Positions 1 through 60,497 of a DNA stretch of 64,000 nucleotides are shown here, piece by piece. Origin of the DNA: Octopus vulgaris (taxonomy: Eukaryota); the NCBI GenBank assembly GCA_951406725.2, contig OX597833.1, forward strand, positions 59,272,001 through 59,336,000, read 5' to 3'. The position numbers and the translations under genes are program-made. The notes under the pieces were generated by a model. That model was not told the origin of the DNA. It saw only the letters and a list, made by a program, of their open reading frames with translations, and ran no database searches. How positions within the stretch are numbered: the first letter of the stretch is position 1; each line of letters begins with the position of its first letter.

Positions 1-795
1 TTCCAACAGTGACCAAGTGCTACCTTAAACATGAACACACTGGGCAATTGCCCAGGGGCCCCACGGGGTTGATGTCAAACTACCTCAGGTGGTGGTCGTC
101 GTCGTCATCGTCATCATACTAGTGCTAGTGGTGGTAATGACATTGGTGGCAGCAGCAGTGGTGGTAGTGGTGATTTAACCCTAGGTCAGCTCTCATTAAG
201 TGCACCTGGAGAGAAAAGCATTCCAGCAGCGAAGCGACCAAGTGCTACCTTAAGGCATAAGCACACCGGGCAATTGCCCAGGGGCCACATGGTGCTCTAG
301 GAAATCCAATCCTGATCTACGTGTATTGTTGCTAAGGCAACCTCTCCAAAAGATGTTCTTGCATCCACAAAGGATATCAAATCCAAAATGTCTAGCCTCA
401 GATTTACAACCAATAAATATCCGCCTTGATAGGACTCTAATCCATAACAAATATTCCCAGGGCATTTGACACCTCTTTTTTCCCTTAGCCGACTGTGTTA
501 AGCCGTGTAGAATTAAGTGCTTTTTACTAGAGTTACTATGAACTCCCTGGGGTAAGTCTGGACTATTAATCCTTATGCTGCTGTCTCATCCACTTGGTCA
601 AATGTTCAGTCAATCTTGGCAACCGATACGGATAAAGTAATAGATAAAATATTTCAGGCAGAAAATAGTTCAATATTAGAATCCATATTAAAACATTGAC
701 CTGATTTAGTGAGAGGGAAAGCAAGGGATGATCATTCGTGAAAAGGCCTCTCTTATATGTTTATCTGTGTATATATGTGTTTGTATGTATATATA

Positions 796-831
<36 letters not shown>

Positions 832-837
832 TGTATG

Positions 838-884
<47 letters not shown>

Positions 885-1138
885 ATATGTATGTATATAT
901 ATATATGCACACGTATATCTATGAGTGTATGTGTGCATGGTATATATGTCTGTGCGTATTGTTATGTGTTTATTAATATATATATATTCTATATATATAC
1001 ACATACAATATATATGTACACACACTCATACATATATATATGTATATATGTACATATATGTATAAGTATACATATATAAACTATATATATATGTATATAT
1101 ATATACACACACACATATACATATATATATACACGATA

Positions 1139-1207
<69 letters not shown>

Positions 1208-2031
1208 GTACACACACAAACATATATATACATATACTACACACACAAACATATATATACATATATTATACACACACATGCACGCACACACGCACACATA
1301 TCTCAGCATTTATGCATATATGTGCATATGTATACGTGGATGGATGTGTATGTATATCCTGTATTGGATGTTTGTGTAAGAAGTCCACTCTGCAATGAGG
1401 GTTTTCCTATAACACGATACTAATGTTGCATTTCTGGATCTGCGCCAAAGCTGTGGGCAGACCAGCATATCTGTCCCTTTGTACTGATTGGGTGGTAGTG
1501 GTAGGTGGTGGAATAGGTTGTTGCGGCTGGGGGTTGGTGTTCGATGTCAGTGGTTGGTGGTGGTGATGGTGTTGCTGTTGGTGGTGGTGGTGGTGGTTGT
1601 GCAGGTGGTGGTGGCGGTAGCAGTGGTAGTAGTGGTAGTGGTGGCGGCATTGGTGATGGTGGTGGTGGTGGTGGTAGTGGTGGTGGTAGCGGTGGTAGTA
1701 GTGGTTCTCGTGAAGCGGAGTTCTCATACAGAGTTCTTGGAGACAGAAAGCGATTGACAAAAGATGGGGAGTGTCTAATAGTGGAGGTGGGGAGTCCACG
1801 AAGTGTATAGGTAGTTGTAGTGTAGTGTCTGGCGATTAAGGTGTGGTGGTAGTCGTGTCTGACAAGAAATGACGAGGCAGGATGATGTAAAGGAATCACA
1901 ATGAAATATAGACATTAAGAAAATATATCACATCTATCTCTTATCTCTCACTGTCTCTCTCTCTCTTTCTCTCCATGGGGACATACACATACACACACAT
2001 ATATACATTCATATATATAGAACGTAGAAAG

Positions 2032-2106
<75 letters not shown>

Positions 2107-2258
2107 CTGGCAGAAATACAGACAGACAAACTGACTGACAGACACAAGATAGACAGACAGTTAGACAGATAGATAGATAAATAGAGAGAGGGGGGAGAGA
2201 CAGACAGACAGACAGAAAGAAAGAAAGAAAAAACAAAGAAATATAGATAGAAAGATAG

Positions 2259-2289
<31 letters not shown>

Positions 2290-2377
2290 GATAGACAGAT
2301 AGACAGACGGACGGACGGACAGGCAGACAGACAGACGGACGGACGGACAGACGGACGGACAGATAGATAGATATATT

Positions 2378-2415
<38 letters not shown>

Positions 2416-2516
2416 CACACTGATTAACAGACAGACAGACAGACTGATGGACAAACAGGCAGACAGACAGGCAGGCAGACAGACAGACAGGCAGGCAGAG
2501 AAGCAGGCAGGTAGGC

Positions 2517-2559
<43 letters not shown>

Positions 2560-2830
2560 CAGAAGCAAAGATAGATAGATGTATACACATAGATATATGA
2601 AAACAATATACATACAGACATACACATAACATACATATGCAACAATTCTTAAATAGGAAAATATTGTTGATATTTTGGGTTAGTAGGATTCTGTGTGTGT
2701 GTGTGGAGAGAGAGAGAGAGAAAGAGGGAGTGAAGAAGAGAGAGTGACGAAGAGAGAAAGAGAGAGTGAAGGAGCGGGAAAGTGAAATTGAGAAAAAGAA
2801 AATGAGAGAGGGAGGAAGAGAGAGAGAGAA

Positions 2831-2861
<31 letters not shown>

Positions 2862-3235
2862 ATGATTGAGTGTATACATCTGTGAATTGATGCTGTAGGA
2901 GACCTATATACAGTTCTACATACATGCTACTTAAAAGATTATACATTTTTATTGAATATTTACATTTTATATATATACACGCAAAATTCCATATCTAAAT
3001 ATTTTATATAACATATAGGGAATTAATACAAGCACTATGCCATACCTATAGACACATACTACAACATACACGCACAAGCACACACACACAGATATGTGCA
3101 CACACACACACACACACACATACACACAAGCACACACACACATACACACACAAGCACACACTGACACAGACACACAGACACGCACATACACACACAAGCA
3201 CACACACACACACAGACACACACACGCACACACAC

Positions 3236-3908
3236 ATGCACAAACACACACAAACACACACATACGTGTGCACAAGCTCACTCAAACATGCACACACACA
3301 CACATGCACACACACTTACACACACAAGCACACACACACACAAGCACACACACACAGACACACACACACACACAGACACACACTCAGAGACACACACACA
3401 CACATACACACACATGCACACACACATGCACAAACACACACAAACACACACATATGTGTGCACAAGCTCACTCAAACATGCACACACACACACATGCACA
3501 CACACTTACACACACAAGCACACACACACACAAGCACACACACACAGACACACACACACACACAGACACACACTCAGAGACACACACACACACATACACA
3601 CACATGCACACACACATGCACAAACACACACAAACACACACATATGTGTGCACAAGCTCACTCAAACATGCACACACACACACATGCACACACACTTACA
3701 CACACAAGCACACACACACACAAGCACACACACACAGACACACACACACACAGACACACACTCAGAGACACACACACACACATACACACACATGCACACA
3801 CACATGCACAAACACACACAAACACACACATATGTGTGCACAAGCTCACTCAAACATGCACACACACACACACACATGCATACGTTTGCACAAGCTCACT
3901 CAAACATG

Positions 3909-3910
<2 letters not shown>
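3236..3910. repeat. Near-perfect 190-bp higher-order tandem repeat (about 3.5 copies) in a CA-rich tract
   Basis: The landmark gtgtgcacaagctcactcaaacatgca recurs about every 190 bp; ORF ends at 3278, 3468 and 3658 show the same period. Confidence 0.85.
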
Positions 3911-3948
<38 letters not shown>

Positions 3949-4089
3949 TGCAAACACACGCACATACATATCTGTACGCATGCACACACACGTGCATATT
4001 CACGCTGCTCGCAGAGGAATGTATTGACCAATATTGGTTAATGCGGTCTTTTATATTTCACTGCAGTAATTCCGATATTATTGAAGACT

Positions 4090-5050
4090 GCTATGGAATG
4101 ATAGTATAGGGAGTACTACATAGTCAGTATTAGTACAGGGAGCACTATGGAACGATAGTACAGGGAGCACTGTATGGTGTTAGTGCAGGGAATTCTATGG
4201 AGCTATAGTGCAGGGTGTTCTCCGTAGTCAGTGAAAGTATAAGGAGTTCTATGGAGTGATAGTACATTGTATATATTGTGTTAGTACAGCAGTACTATGG
4301 AGTAATTGTACAAGGTACTCTATGGATTGATAGTACAAGAAGTACTACATAGTAGTGTCAGTGTAGAGGGTACTATATAGTGATAGTACTTGGAGCACTG
4401 CACTGTGTTAGTACAGCAGCACTAAGGATTGATAGTGCATTAAGTACAACATAGTAGCATTAGTACAGGGGAGTACTATGTAGTGTTAGTACAGGGAGTA
4501 CAATGAAATGATAATACAGGGAGTAATACGTAGTATTTGTACAGCAGTACTATAGAATAATAGTACAGTGAGTACTATGGTGTTATAGAACAGGGAGTAC
4601 AAGCTTTTCTACTCTAGGCATAAGGCCCGAAATTTTTTGGGGAGGGGGGCCAGTCGATTAGATTGACCCCAGTATGCAACTAGTGCTTAATTTATCGACT
4701 CTGAAAGGATGAAAGGCAAAGTCAACCTCAGCAGAATTTGAACTCAGAACGTAAAGACAGACGAAATACAGGGAGTACAATGAAATGATAGTATAGGGAG
4801 TTTTACATAGTTAGGAATAGTACAAGGATTTCAATGGAGTAATAGTACATAGAGTGCATCATAGTGTTAGTACGGGAAGCATTATGGGGTGTTAGTACAG
4901 GGAGTACACTATAGTATTAGTGCAGGAAATGCTAAGGAATTACGATACAGGGAGTACTGCATAGTCAGTGATAATGCAACGAGTTCTATGTAGTGATGGT
5001 ACATTGAGTATATAGTGCTAGTACAGCAATACTATGGAGTAATAGTAATT
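4090..5050. repeat. Degenerate minisatellite of about 23 bp (tagtacagggagtactatg-like), interrupted by a SINE
   Basis: Dozens of diverged tagtacag/gggagtac motifs in tandem. Confidence 0.75.
4603..4767 (-). mobile_element. Head-less tRNA-derived SINE (family M, tail type B)
   Basis: 13-bp TSD acagggagtacaa at 4590-4602 and 4768-4780. The 5-prime end stops at (g)tatttcgtctg, the point where tandem units begin elsewhere. Confidence 0.8.
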
Positions 5051-6471
5051 TCACCTAACCCTCAAACAACAAATGGTTCATTGGCCAGACATGTTTTCAT
5101 TGAAGATTGTAAGCTATGACACTACTCACATGGATGGTGGGTTTTTTACTCAGTATACAAACAGTGTCAATGCAGTCACATGCATGCACAAATGCACACA
5201 CATGCACATTCACATATGCACACATGAACACACATACACACATGCACGCACACACATGTGGGGGGAAAAAACACAGACACAAAGACACACATAAAATGAG
5301 CTTCTTTCAGTTTAAGTTTACCAAACCCATCCACCAGGCTTTGGTCAGCCTAAGACACATGCCTAAGGTGCCATGTCATGAGACTGAACCCAGAACCATC
5401 TGGTTGGGAAGCAAGCTTTTTACCACACAGCCATGTCTACACCTATGTAGAACACAGAAATAAAATGTATACAGTAAAGGATAGTAGTTTCATAGTATCA
5501 CTGTCAAAACATAGTAAATTGTAAACAACTAAGTAACAACCTAACTATGCTGTGATAGAACCTTACTATAACAGTGTTAGTACAGTAATATGCCTAAACA
5601 GAAGGGACCCGAATTTGGCAGAGTTATACCAATTTGTAATTTTCATAGTCATGTTTGCAGAAGAGTAAATTCATGCCAAATTCCACAAGACACTTAATGA
5701 TGAAATCTTGCCAAAATTTCATATAATGAGTCATTATAATTTGAATTTTTCAAGTAATTAGCTTCTTATTTATTAAATTTTGTGTAAGAGAGAATTTCTA
5801 ACAATTCTCAGGAATAATTTATGAGTTGTAAACCTCTGAGGGAGTACAAGAGAGGACATGAGGAGCTAACAAATGAAGGGTTGGGTATTGGACAAAGTTT
5901 GGCTTTCTTCATCTTCAATGAGATTAGAACCTTGTTGGTTTTCACAGTATGGCTATATGACAAGATGCTTGCTTCCTAACCACATGGTTTCAGGTTCGGC
6001 CCCACTGTGTGGTACCTTGGCCAAATATCTTCTATTTTAGCCCCAGGTCAACCAAAGTAGATTTGGTAGAAAGAAACTGAAAGAAGCCCATTATGTGTGT
6101 GTGTTGGATTGGGGGGTGAGGTTGGGGGTTGTTTATGCATGTGTGTTTGTGTGTATAAAGGCACCCATGCCAGTGACACATAAGAGGTGCCCACCACACA
6201 CTTGGAGTGGTTACGATTAGGAAGGGCATCCAGCTGTAGAAACCATGCCAAAATCAGACTGGAACCCGGTGCAGCCCTCTGGCTTACCAATTCCAGTCTA
6301 ATCCATGCCAACATGGAAAACAGACACTATATGATGATGATGTTGTTGTTGTTGTTGATGATGATAATGATGATGATGATGATGATGATGATTAATTTAC
6401 TAAAATGCAGCCCAAAACAGCCAAAGCAAGTGTTGCTAGGTTTCTTGGACACAGTTTACCATGATTTATTA

Positions 6472-6539
<68 letters not shown>

Positions 6540-7159
6540 CCTCTCTCTCTTCCTCTCAGAGACATTTAATGTTCTCAGTTGAAATAAATTTTATTGTAAC
6601 ATTAATAATGATGTCGTATAACAATAGAGCTGTTGTTAATTACTATTATAAATTAGTATATTAGTTTTGCTTTGGAGGTCAAGTACTATAGAAAGAGAAT
6701 ATATAGTGTAGAAAAGTATATTTACAATTGACATTTTCTGGGAACAAATCCTCCCGTAGCTCTGCAATTTCAAAGATGAATAGAATTTTAAAAACCCATT
6801 ACTTGCAAGGCAGATAAGTGTTTGCAACAGGAAAGGCATTCAGCTATAAAACAATGCCCTAGTACCTTATTCTTCCAACCCATGCAAGCATGCAAAGATG
6901 ATTATCCACCAGATTTGATCTGGTATGTGATTACTTACTTCTATATAAGATCTACAAATCATATTGCTTTCAAATTTTTGCACAAGGCCAGAAATTTTAG
7001 TGGGCGATTAAGTCAATTACATTGACCCAGTGTTCAATTTGTATTTATTTTATCAAGCCCAAAAGGATGAACGGCAAAGCCAGCCTTTGCAGAATTTGAA
7101 CTCAGAACCTAAAGACACAAAATGCTGCTAAGCATTTTACCCTTCACACTAACAATTCT

Positions 7160-7565
7160 TATTTCTTTACTGCCCACAAGGGGCTACACACAGAGGGGGA
7201 CAAACGGATTAAGTCGATTATATTCGACCCCAGTTGTAACTGGTACTTAATTTATCAACCCCGAAACGATGAAAGGCAAAGTCGACCTCGGCGGAATTTG
7301 AACTCAGAACGTAGCGGCAGACGAAATACATATTTCTTTACTACCCATAAGGGGCTAAACACAGAGGGGACAAAGAAGGACAGACAAACGGATTAAGTCT
7401 ATTATATCGACCCCCAGTTCGTAACTGGTACTTTATTTAATCGACCCCGAAAGGATGAAAGGCAAAATCGACCTCGGCGGAATTTGAACTCAGAAAGTAA
7501 TGGCAGACGAAATACCGCCAAGCATTTCACCCGGCGTGCTAACGACTCTGCCAGCTCGCCGCCTA
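7160..7565 (-). mobile_element. SINE family M dimer nested in an older family M copy (about 6980-7600)
   Basis: 16-bp TSD tcacactaacaattct at 7144-7159 and 7566-7581; one head plus two body units. Confidence 0.85.
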
Positions 7566-7845
7566 TCACACTAACAATTCTGCCAGCTTGTCACCTTAGA
7601 TGTGCAAGTCATATTGGTAGCATCTGTTGTGTTATGGAGGGAAAAGTACTGCGTTACTACCTTTGTGCTTCTTCATACTCACCTGTTTATTTCTGAAATA
7701 TTTTATTAACGATGTGTTGAAGTGTTGGGCTTCATCAGAAATTATCCATCTTCTCTTGTGTTGATTATTATTCAATGAGTCACAACCATTCACATTGACA
7801 TTATGCTCTTTCCAAATTTCCTTTGACTACAGTTTTGAAAGTGAA

Positions 7846-8100
7846 GGCGCGTGGCTTAGTGGTTAGGGTGTCAGTATCATGATCGTAAGATTGTGGTTTC
7901 AGTTCCTGGACCGGGCGACAGGTTGTGTTCTTGAACAAAACACTTCATTTCACATTGCTCCAGTCCACTCAGCTGGCAAAAATGAGTAACGCTGTGATGG
8001 ACTGGCTGGCATCCTGTCCAGCTGAGGAACACATACGCCATAGAAACTGGGAAACCGGGCCCATGAGCCTGGCTAGGCTTTAAAAGAGCACATTTATTTT
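7846..8100 (+). mobile_element. tRNA-derived SINE with CORE-like central region
   Basis: A box tggcttagtgg, B-box-like gtttcagttcc, CORE-like tgtgttcttgaacaaaacactt. Confidence 0.7.
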
Positions 8101-8582
8101 ATTATTACAGTTTTGAAATTCTTTCTTTACACTCAGCAAGAGGTGATTTCCCAGATTTTGGAAACACTCAGCATTTCTATTCCATGTCAATGTCCTTGAA
8201 TAATTAGATCAAATTCCTGCTTATTGAAAATTTGGCTTGTGTTCTCCTCATGCATCAGCAAACATATCAGTAATTTTCTGTTATTCTTCCATTGAACTTG
8301 CCTTAAACGAGGCATCATCTGCATACTAAGGTTCAGTTACTGACATTGTAATTAGCTCTGTTCAAGCACTGAGTTTTTACACAGACTAGTTCACTGCCAC
8401 TTGTGTACAAGATCTGATATGCGTGGTTTGTCCAAAGTGAACTCATATATATATGTGTGTATGTATATATGTATATATGTATATATGTATATTTTTATAT
8501 ATATATATATATGTATGTATTTACATTAATAGGAATTCTAACCATCCACCTACAATCATAAAAGCTTATCAGTAGTATTGTA

Positions 8583-8647
<65 letters not shown>

Positions 8648-9237
8648 TATCTGTTGCAGAAGACTGATTCTATGGATCAGATTTTATGTTGTTGTGCAAG
8701 AACAACTGTGTGGTTTTGATGAGTTTTTGTGGGCAGCCAAGTTCGAAGGATACTTTCCACAGAGTTTCATATGATTTATAGAATCAAATATTTTGGAGAG
8801 ATCAAAGAAAACCAATGATTTGTATTGCAGTTAGCTGGGGAATGCAGAAGGTCATATCAATAATGATCCTGGAAGGTCAGAATGAAATTGAGATTGAAGT
8901 GGGAGAATTTGAAGTGGTAGGATGAGGTGGCTGAGCAGAAATTTTCCTGCTGTTGACAAAGGCAAGATTCCTATGTAGATGCCACAATCTGATGTCTTCT
9001 TTCTTGAAGAAAGTAAATAATTATTATTCTACACATTGCAAGAACAGATAATATCTCTTCTCACTTCCACATGCTTCCAGATTAGTAATTTGTATTTCTC
9101 CACCAGATTTTCATTTAGCTGTACATGAGCCCTGAACAAGCATTCTTGCTTCTTCATTGTTAGCCAGAGATTTCATGTGAAATCTCAACCACTTGAACTG
9201 CACACTGCATGTGTGTGTGTGAATGTAAGCACATGTG

Positions 9238-9297
<60 letters not shown>

Positions 9298-9587
9298 TAA
9301 GCACATGAGCATGTGTGTGTGAATGTAAGCACATGTGCATGTGTGTGTGTGTGTGTGTGTGTGCATGTATACATGCCCATGCGTGTGTGTCTTTCTCTTC
9401 TCTTCTCTTTTTATCTGATCTCTTTCTGATTATTTCTTTATTTTTCATCTCTAATTTTCTTCTCTATGTTTATTTACCACACACACACACAACACACACA
9501 CACACACACACATGCATACACATGCCACACACTCATAGACACATACAAATTCTAACTATTAAATCTCTCCCTTTTTTTCTGTTTCAG

Positions 9588-54809
<45,222 letters not shown>

Positions 54810-54826
54810 GTAAGACACCACAAGGC

Positions 54827-54858
<32 letters not shown>

Positions 54859-55078
54859 TATATACACACATGCTATATCAATTTCTTTTTTAGTCCATCT
54901 CTTTCTCTCTCTCACTCACATTCTCTCTCACTCACATTCTCTCTCTCACTATCTCCCTCTCTATCTATCTATCTATGTCTCTCTCACTCTTCGTCTCTCT
55001 CTCAATCTCTTTCTGTCTCTCTCTACCTCTTTCTCTTTGTCTCTCTGTCCCTGTCTGTCTGAAACTGAAAGAAGCCTG

Positions 55079-55130
<52 letters not shown>

Positions 55131-55364
55131 GTGTGTGTATGTTTCTGTGTTTGTGTTTGTCCCCCCCACCATCACTAGACAACCAAAGCTGGTGTGTTTA
55201 TGTCCCCGTAACTTTGTGGTTCGACAAAAGAGACCAATAGAATAACTACTAGGCTTACAACGAATAAGTCCTGGGGTCGGTTTGCTCGACTAAAGGCAGT
55301 GCTCCAGCATGGCCATAGTCAAATGACTGGAACAAATAAAAGAAAAAAGAATATATATATCATT

Positions 55365-55402
<38 letters not shown>

Positions 55403-55556
55403 GCCACGCTTGAACGGTGCTTTTTACGGGCCACTTATTTATTCACTTAACATTAATACTGATATTGGTAGCAAGTTGGCAAACTGGCAGAATCATTAGT
55501 ATGCCAGACAAAATGCTTTGTGGCATTTTACCTGACTCTGTGTTCTGAGGTCAACG

Positions 55557-56580
55557 TAACCTTTTCGTTTCCAACCCGCCTGAAACCACCTCTGGCTCTG
55601 TAGTACAAATGTCTTGTTTGCATAAGTTTTGAATTAAAATCTTCCACCAGCCCTTAGTCTTGCATAAGTTTTGAATTAAAATCTTCCACCAGCCCTTTGT
55701 CACAATTTATGTTCCTAACACTAGCTGAATGATAACTAAGTTATTTTACTAAATTCTTTGTTATATTTAAAAGTAATTGAAAGAAACACAGAACATCTCA
55801 AAATAAATACAGTAACAAATGGGTTAAATATATAATAGAGACACAATTCCTAACCCTTTTGATACCAACCCAGCAGAAACCACTTCTGGCTCTGTAATAT
55901 AAATGCCTTGTTTTCATAAGTTTTGAATCAAAATCTTCCACCAAACCTTAATTACAATTATGTTCCAAACACTAGCTGAATGATAACTAAGTTATTTTAG
56001 TAAATTCTTTGTTATATTTAAAATTGATTGAAAGAAACACAGAGCATCTCAAAATAAATATAGTAATGAAAGGGTTAAAATATATAATAGAGAAACAATT
56101 CTTAACCCTTTTGATACCAACCCAGTTGAAACCACTTCTGGCTCTGTAGTACAAATGTCTTGTTTTCATAAGTTTTTAATTAAAATCTTCCACCAAACCT
56201 TAGTCACATTTATGTTCCTAACACTAGCTGAATGATAACTAAGTTATTTTACTAAATTCTTTGTTATATTTAAAGTAATTGAAAGAAATACAGAGCATCT
56301 CAAAATAAATACAGTATTGAAAGGGTTAAAATATATAATAGAGAAACAATTCTTAACCCTTTTGATACCAACCCACCTGAAACCACTTCTGGCTCAGTAG
56401 TACAAATGTTTTGTTTTTATAAGTTTTTAACTAAAATCTTCCACCAAACCTTAGTCAGAATTTATGTTCCTAACACAAGCTTCATGATAACTAAGTTATT
56501 TTACTAAATTCTTTGTTATATTTAAAGTAATTGAAAGAAATACAGAGCATCTTAAAATAAATACAGTAACGAAAGGGTTA
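55557..56580 (-). mobile_element. Tandem tetramer of the same piggyBac-like MITE, opposite orientation to 45285-45762
   Basis: Reverse complement of the 45-kb units including the inter-unit spacer (aatatataatagagaaacaattc); partial copy also near 61340-61470. Confidence 0.82.
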
Positions 56581-57967
56581 CACCCGCCATCCTTTTAGGG
56601 CTGAAGAAATAAATGCCAGTCAAGCACTGGAATCAATTTGATCGAAAATCCCTTCCCCCAAAAACTTCATAGTGGTGGTGGTGGTGGTGGTAGTTGCGGC
56701 AGCGGCGGTGGTGGCGGCGGCGGCGGTGACGGCGGCGGCAGCGGTGACGGCGGCGGTGGCGGTGGTGGTGGTGGTGGTGGTGAGGAGGAGGAGGAGGATT
56801 ATATAATAGAATATGTGTAGACATTTAGACATTCAGAAGATGCTTTGCCACTTCACTAAACAAATATAAAAGAATGATAATATTCTTTATAATATATTTA
56901 AAGGATGATAAAATCAGCAATTATGAAATCAATTTGTCCGTTATAGAACGTGTGTCTCTCTTCACTGATGGTTCCAGGAGATGTGATTTCTGTATTGCAC
57001 ACAATCATGACATTCTATTACCGTTTTGTGCAATTCAAACGAAAATCTGTAATGAGTGAATTTTTACCAACAAAACCATCGTTAATTATAGAGAAATTCT
57101 CTACAAACAAAAACTAACAACCAGCTGGCTAAAATAGTTTGTTTCCCACGTAATGGATTTACCATATCATGGAAGATGGTCATATGAAAAAAAAAACATT
57201 CATTTATTCATCAATCTTAAAACTTCATTAATAATTGCCAGTTCTCTTGCTTTCCTATACACGTAGTGTGTTCTATACATATGATACTGATGACATGAAA
57301 CCTTGAACAGATGAAAATATCACAAGGTCTGCATATAACAGTTGATCTGATGTGTACCTCACTGTGAGGTACAGTAAGTTATAGCATAGACACTCACTTT
57401 TGTCCCCCATGTTTTAACTCTCTATCTCTCTCATTCTCTCTCTCATTTTATTTTTTGCATATGTAACAACTGGTATTTCTTTCAACACATCTTTAACTAA
57501 AGGATCTTTCAGCTTTATAGATTGTCTTGAATCTCTAAGTCCATCTAGATTTTATGTTGAGGTCACTGATTATTAGGCTTTGCTCAGCAATACATTCTTC
57601 AGTTCTTCACTAGAGAAAGATTTAGTATTCATTACCATCTTTCTGTCTGGTTTCTTTGTGAATATAAATTCCATCTGGCCAGAACGGTCAGTGATTCAAT
57701 ATTTGACTTTTATCTGAAGTTAGTATTACCAAAAGACCATTTCTTTACTACAGCTTCCATGTACAGTAGCATCACAATAGTGTTACCAAACAAGTCTAGT
57801 AAATATCACAGCCATGTTAACGAGGTTACCTTTGTCATCAGGAAGAAGTTACTGAGATCATTATTAAGATCATCAGCATTTTTTTGCCTGTCTGTCAGTC
57901 CTCACTATGGTGCATGTACGAAGATCACTGTTATTGTCTTGTTGCCAAGGACTAATTTACACCTTAA

Positions 57968-58189
57968 CCCTTTAGCATTTAAACCAGCTTTATCTGGCCC
58001 AGGCATTCTAACTGTTTTATGTTTAAAGTTGCCAGATCCAGCCTCTCACACCTACTGTATAATGTCATTCTAAAAATAAGCAATCACATCACCAAAATCA
58101 CAAAGCTATAAGATAATGCATGATTAATTCAAAACAATGTAAATAAATAAGCATTGCATTTGACAGATTAATCTGAATGTTATAAAGGG
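57968..58189. mobile_element. TTAA-flanked piggyBac-like MITE, second family
   Basis: ttaa-CCCTTTA...TAAAGGG-ttaa. Confidence 0.7.
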
Positions 58190-58574
58190 TTAATTATTCT
58201 GTCACACACTCTGACTACGTCAATTGCTCTCTATTTATCTGCAACAATATACACACTCCATTAATTCAAGCATTGTTGGGCAACCAAAAGAATTCGTACT
58301 GACACTTCTTGCCCTCAAGGCCCTCTGAAGAGGCTCTCCTCCATCTTACCTCTCGTACACAGCTCACATCAACTCCTCCCCTCTCTACACTAACACCTCC
58401 ACAATCTGCTCTGGTTGACCTTTCGTCTGACAACATTGAGGATAGTGGCCCTGGAGTTTTGTACCTGAAATGGAGGGAAGAAAAAACTGCTGGGTTGTTT
58501 GATGTCTATTTTACACACAAACACACACACACACACACACACACACATGCATGCACAAACACACATACATACAA

Positions 58575-58613
<39 letters not shown>

Positions 58614-58790
58614 TGCATGCACAAACACACATACATACAAATACACACACACTCACACACACACACACACATGCATGCACAAATACACACACATATACAC
58701 ATACACATACACATACACACATACACATACACACACACAAACACACATGCGTGCACAAACACACATACATACAAATACACACACTCACAC

Positions 58791-58847
<57 letters not shown>

Positions 58848-59442
58848 GTATATATACACATATATATACTTGTAAATGCTGCATTATTAAAAGATAACAG
58901 GAAACAGAAACGCTATCATTTCTGCTACGGCTGCTGCTGCTACTACTATTGTTGTTGTTGATGTTGTTGCTACAACAGTATGGAAGAGTATGATTAAACC
59001 TGCTCTTCTTCTAAAGTTCTTTAAGAATTTATATGCTTCCTACAGTGTAGCTGCTGTTGTGTTTCCGATGTCTGGAGGCGAAATCTTTACGTTTAGGAGA
59101 GAGGGCCAACACAGACAGATTTGGTATAGGGAAGGCTTTGTTATCATCATAATTGATTACAACAACAATAACAACAGCAACAACAAAAACAACAACAACA
59201 ACGGTTGTAGCTATAATGTGCAAACCTGGATGTAGTTGCTTGACTTGTTAGAAACAGCAGTCAAGTCTATTTCAGATAACACTTTTGTATTGTGTTGGAA
59301 AAGAATGGAGACATTGTGTAGCAGTGGGTCCTTTACAAAGAGGGAATGGTCATGACTGGAATGTCTCTGATGAGAGCATATTCAATCAGAGGTGAATTAG
59401 AGCTAAACAACTGCAACAGCAGCAGCAGTGGTGGTGGTGGTG

Positions 59443-59507
<65 letters not shown>

Positions 59508-60045
59508 GGTGGTTGTGGTGGTTGTGGTGGTTGTGGTGGTGGTGGTAGTGGTGGTAGTGGTGGTGGTGGTCGTGGTGGTGGTCGTGGTGGTGGTGGTGGT
59601 GGTGGCAGCAGTGGTGGTTGTGGTGGTGGTGGCAGCAGTGGTGGTGGTGGTGGTTATGGTGGTGGTCATGGCGGCAGTGGTAGCGGTGGCAGTGACGGTA
59701 GCAGTGACGGTAGCAGTGGTGGTTGCTGTGGTGGCAACAATGGTGGCAGTGGTGGCAGTGGTGTTGATGGTGGCAGTGGTAGTGGTGGTGGTGGTGGTGG
59801 CAGTGGTGATGATGCAGATAGTGCTGTTGGTAGTAGTAGTAGCTGCAGTAGTAGCAGCAGCAGCCAATGTAACAACAGCAATATGAATAACAACAACAAT
59901 GAATAACAACAGCAACAACAACAACAACAATAGCAGTAGCCATAGCAACAACTGCAACACCAACAACAGGAATAGTGAGTGTGTATTGCAGAGTTTTGTA
60001 TGGTTGGCTGTTTTATTCTGTGTGTGTGTGTGTTTCTTGTGTGTA

Positions 60046-60086
<41 letters not shown>

Positions 60087-60105
60087 CTGTGTGTGTTTCT
60101 GTGTT

Positions 60106-60190
<85 letters not shown>

Positions 60191-60330
60191 GTTTGTGTGT
60201 TTGTGTGTGTGTCTCTGTGTTTGTGTGTGTGTATGTGTCTGTGTGTTTGTGTGCATGTGTGTGTGTTTGTGTGTCTGTGTGTGTGTGTGTCTGTGTGTTT
60301 GTGTGTGTGTGCGTGTCTGTGTGTGTGTGT

Positions 60331-60370
<40 letters not shown>

Positions 60371-60497
60371 AGAGCTTAGAGCTATCCTAACCATTGGTGT
60401 CTGGCTTAAGTATATCTTGGTACTTTGATAACATATCCAACATCGCTACCATCGTAGGTCACCAGACAGTGAGCAAGGATATATACTAACATCTCAG

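Noticed and set aside
489-551. Exon-like segment (pyrimidine-rich AG acceptor, gtaagt donor) as the missing first Nav exon
   Set aside because: It has stops in all three frames, and the ATG at 538 leaves phase 2, incompatible with the phase-0 exon at 9588. It could at most be a UTR exon, which is unsupported.
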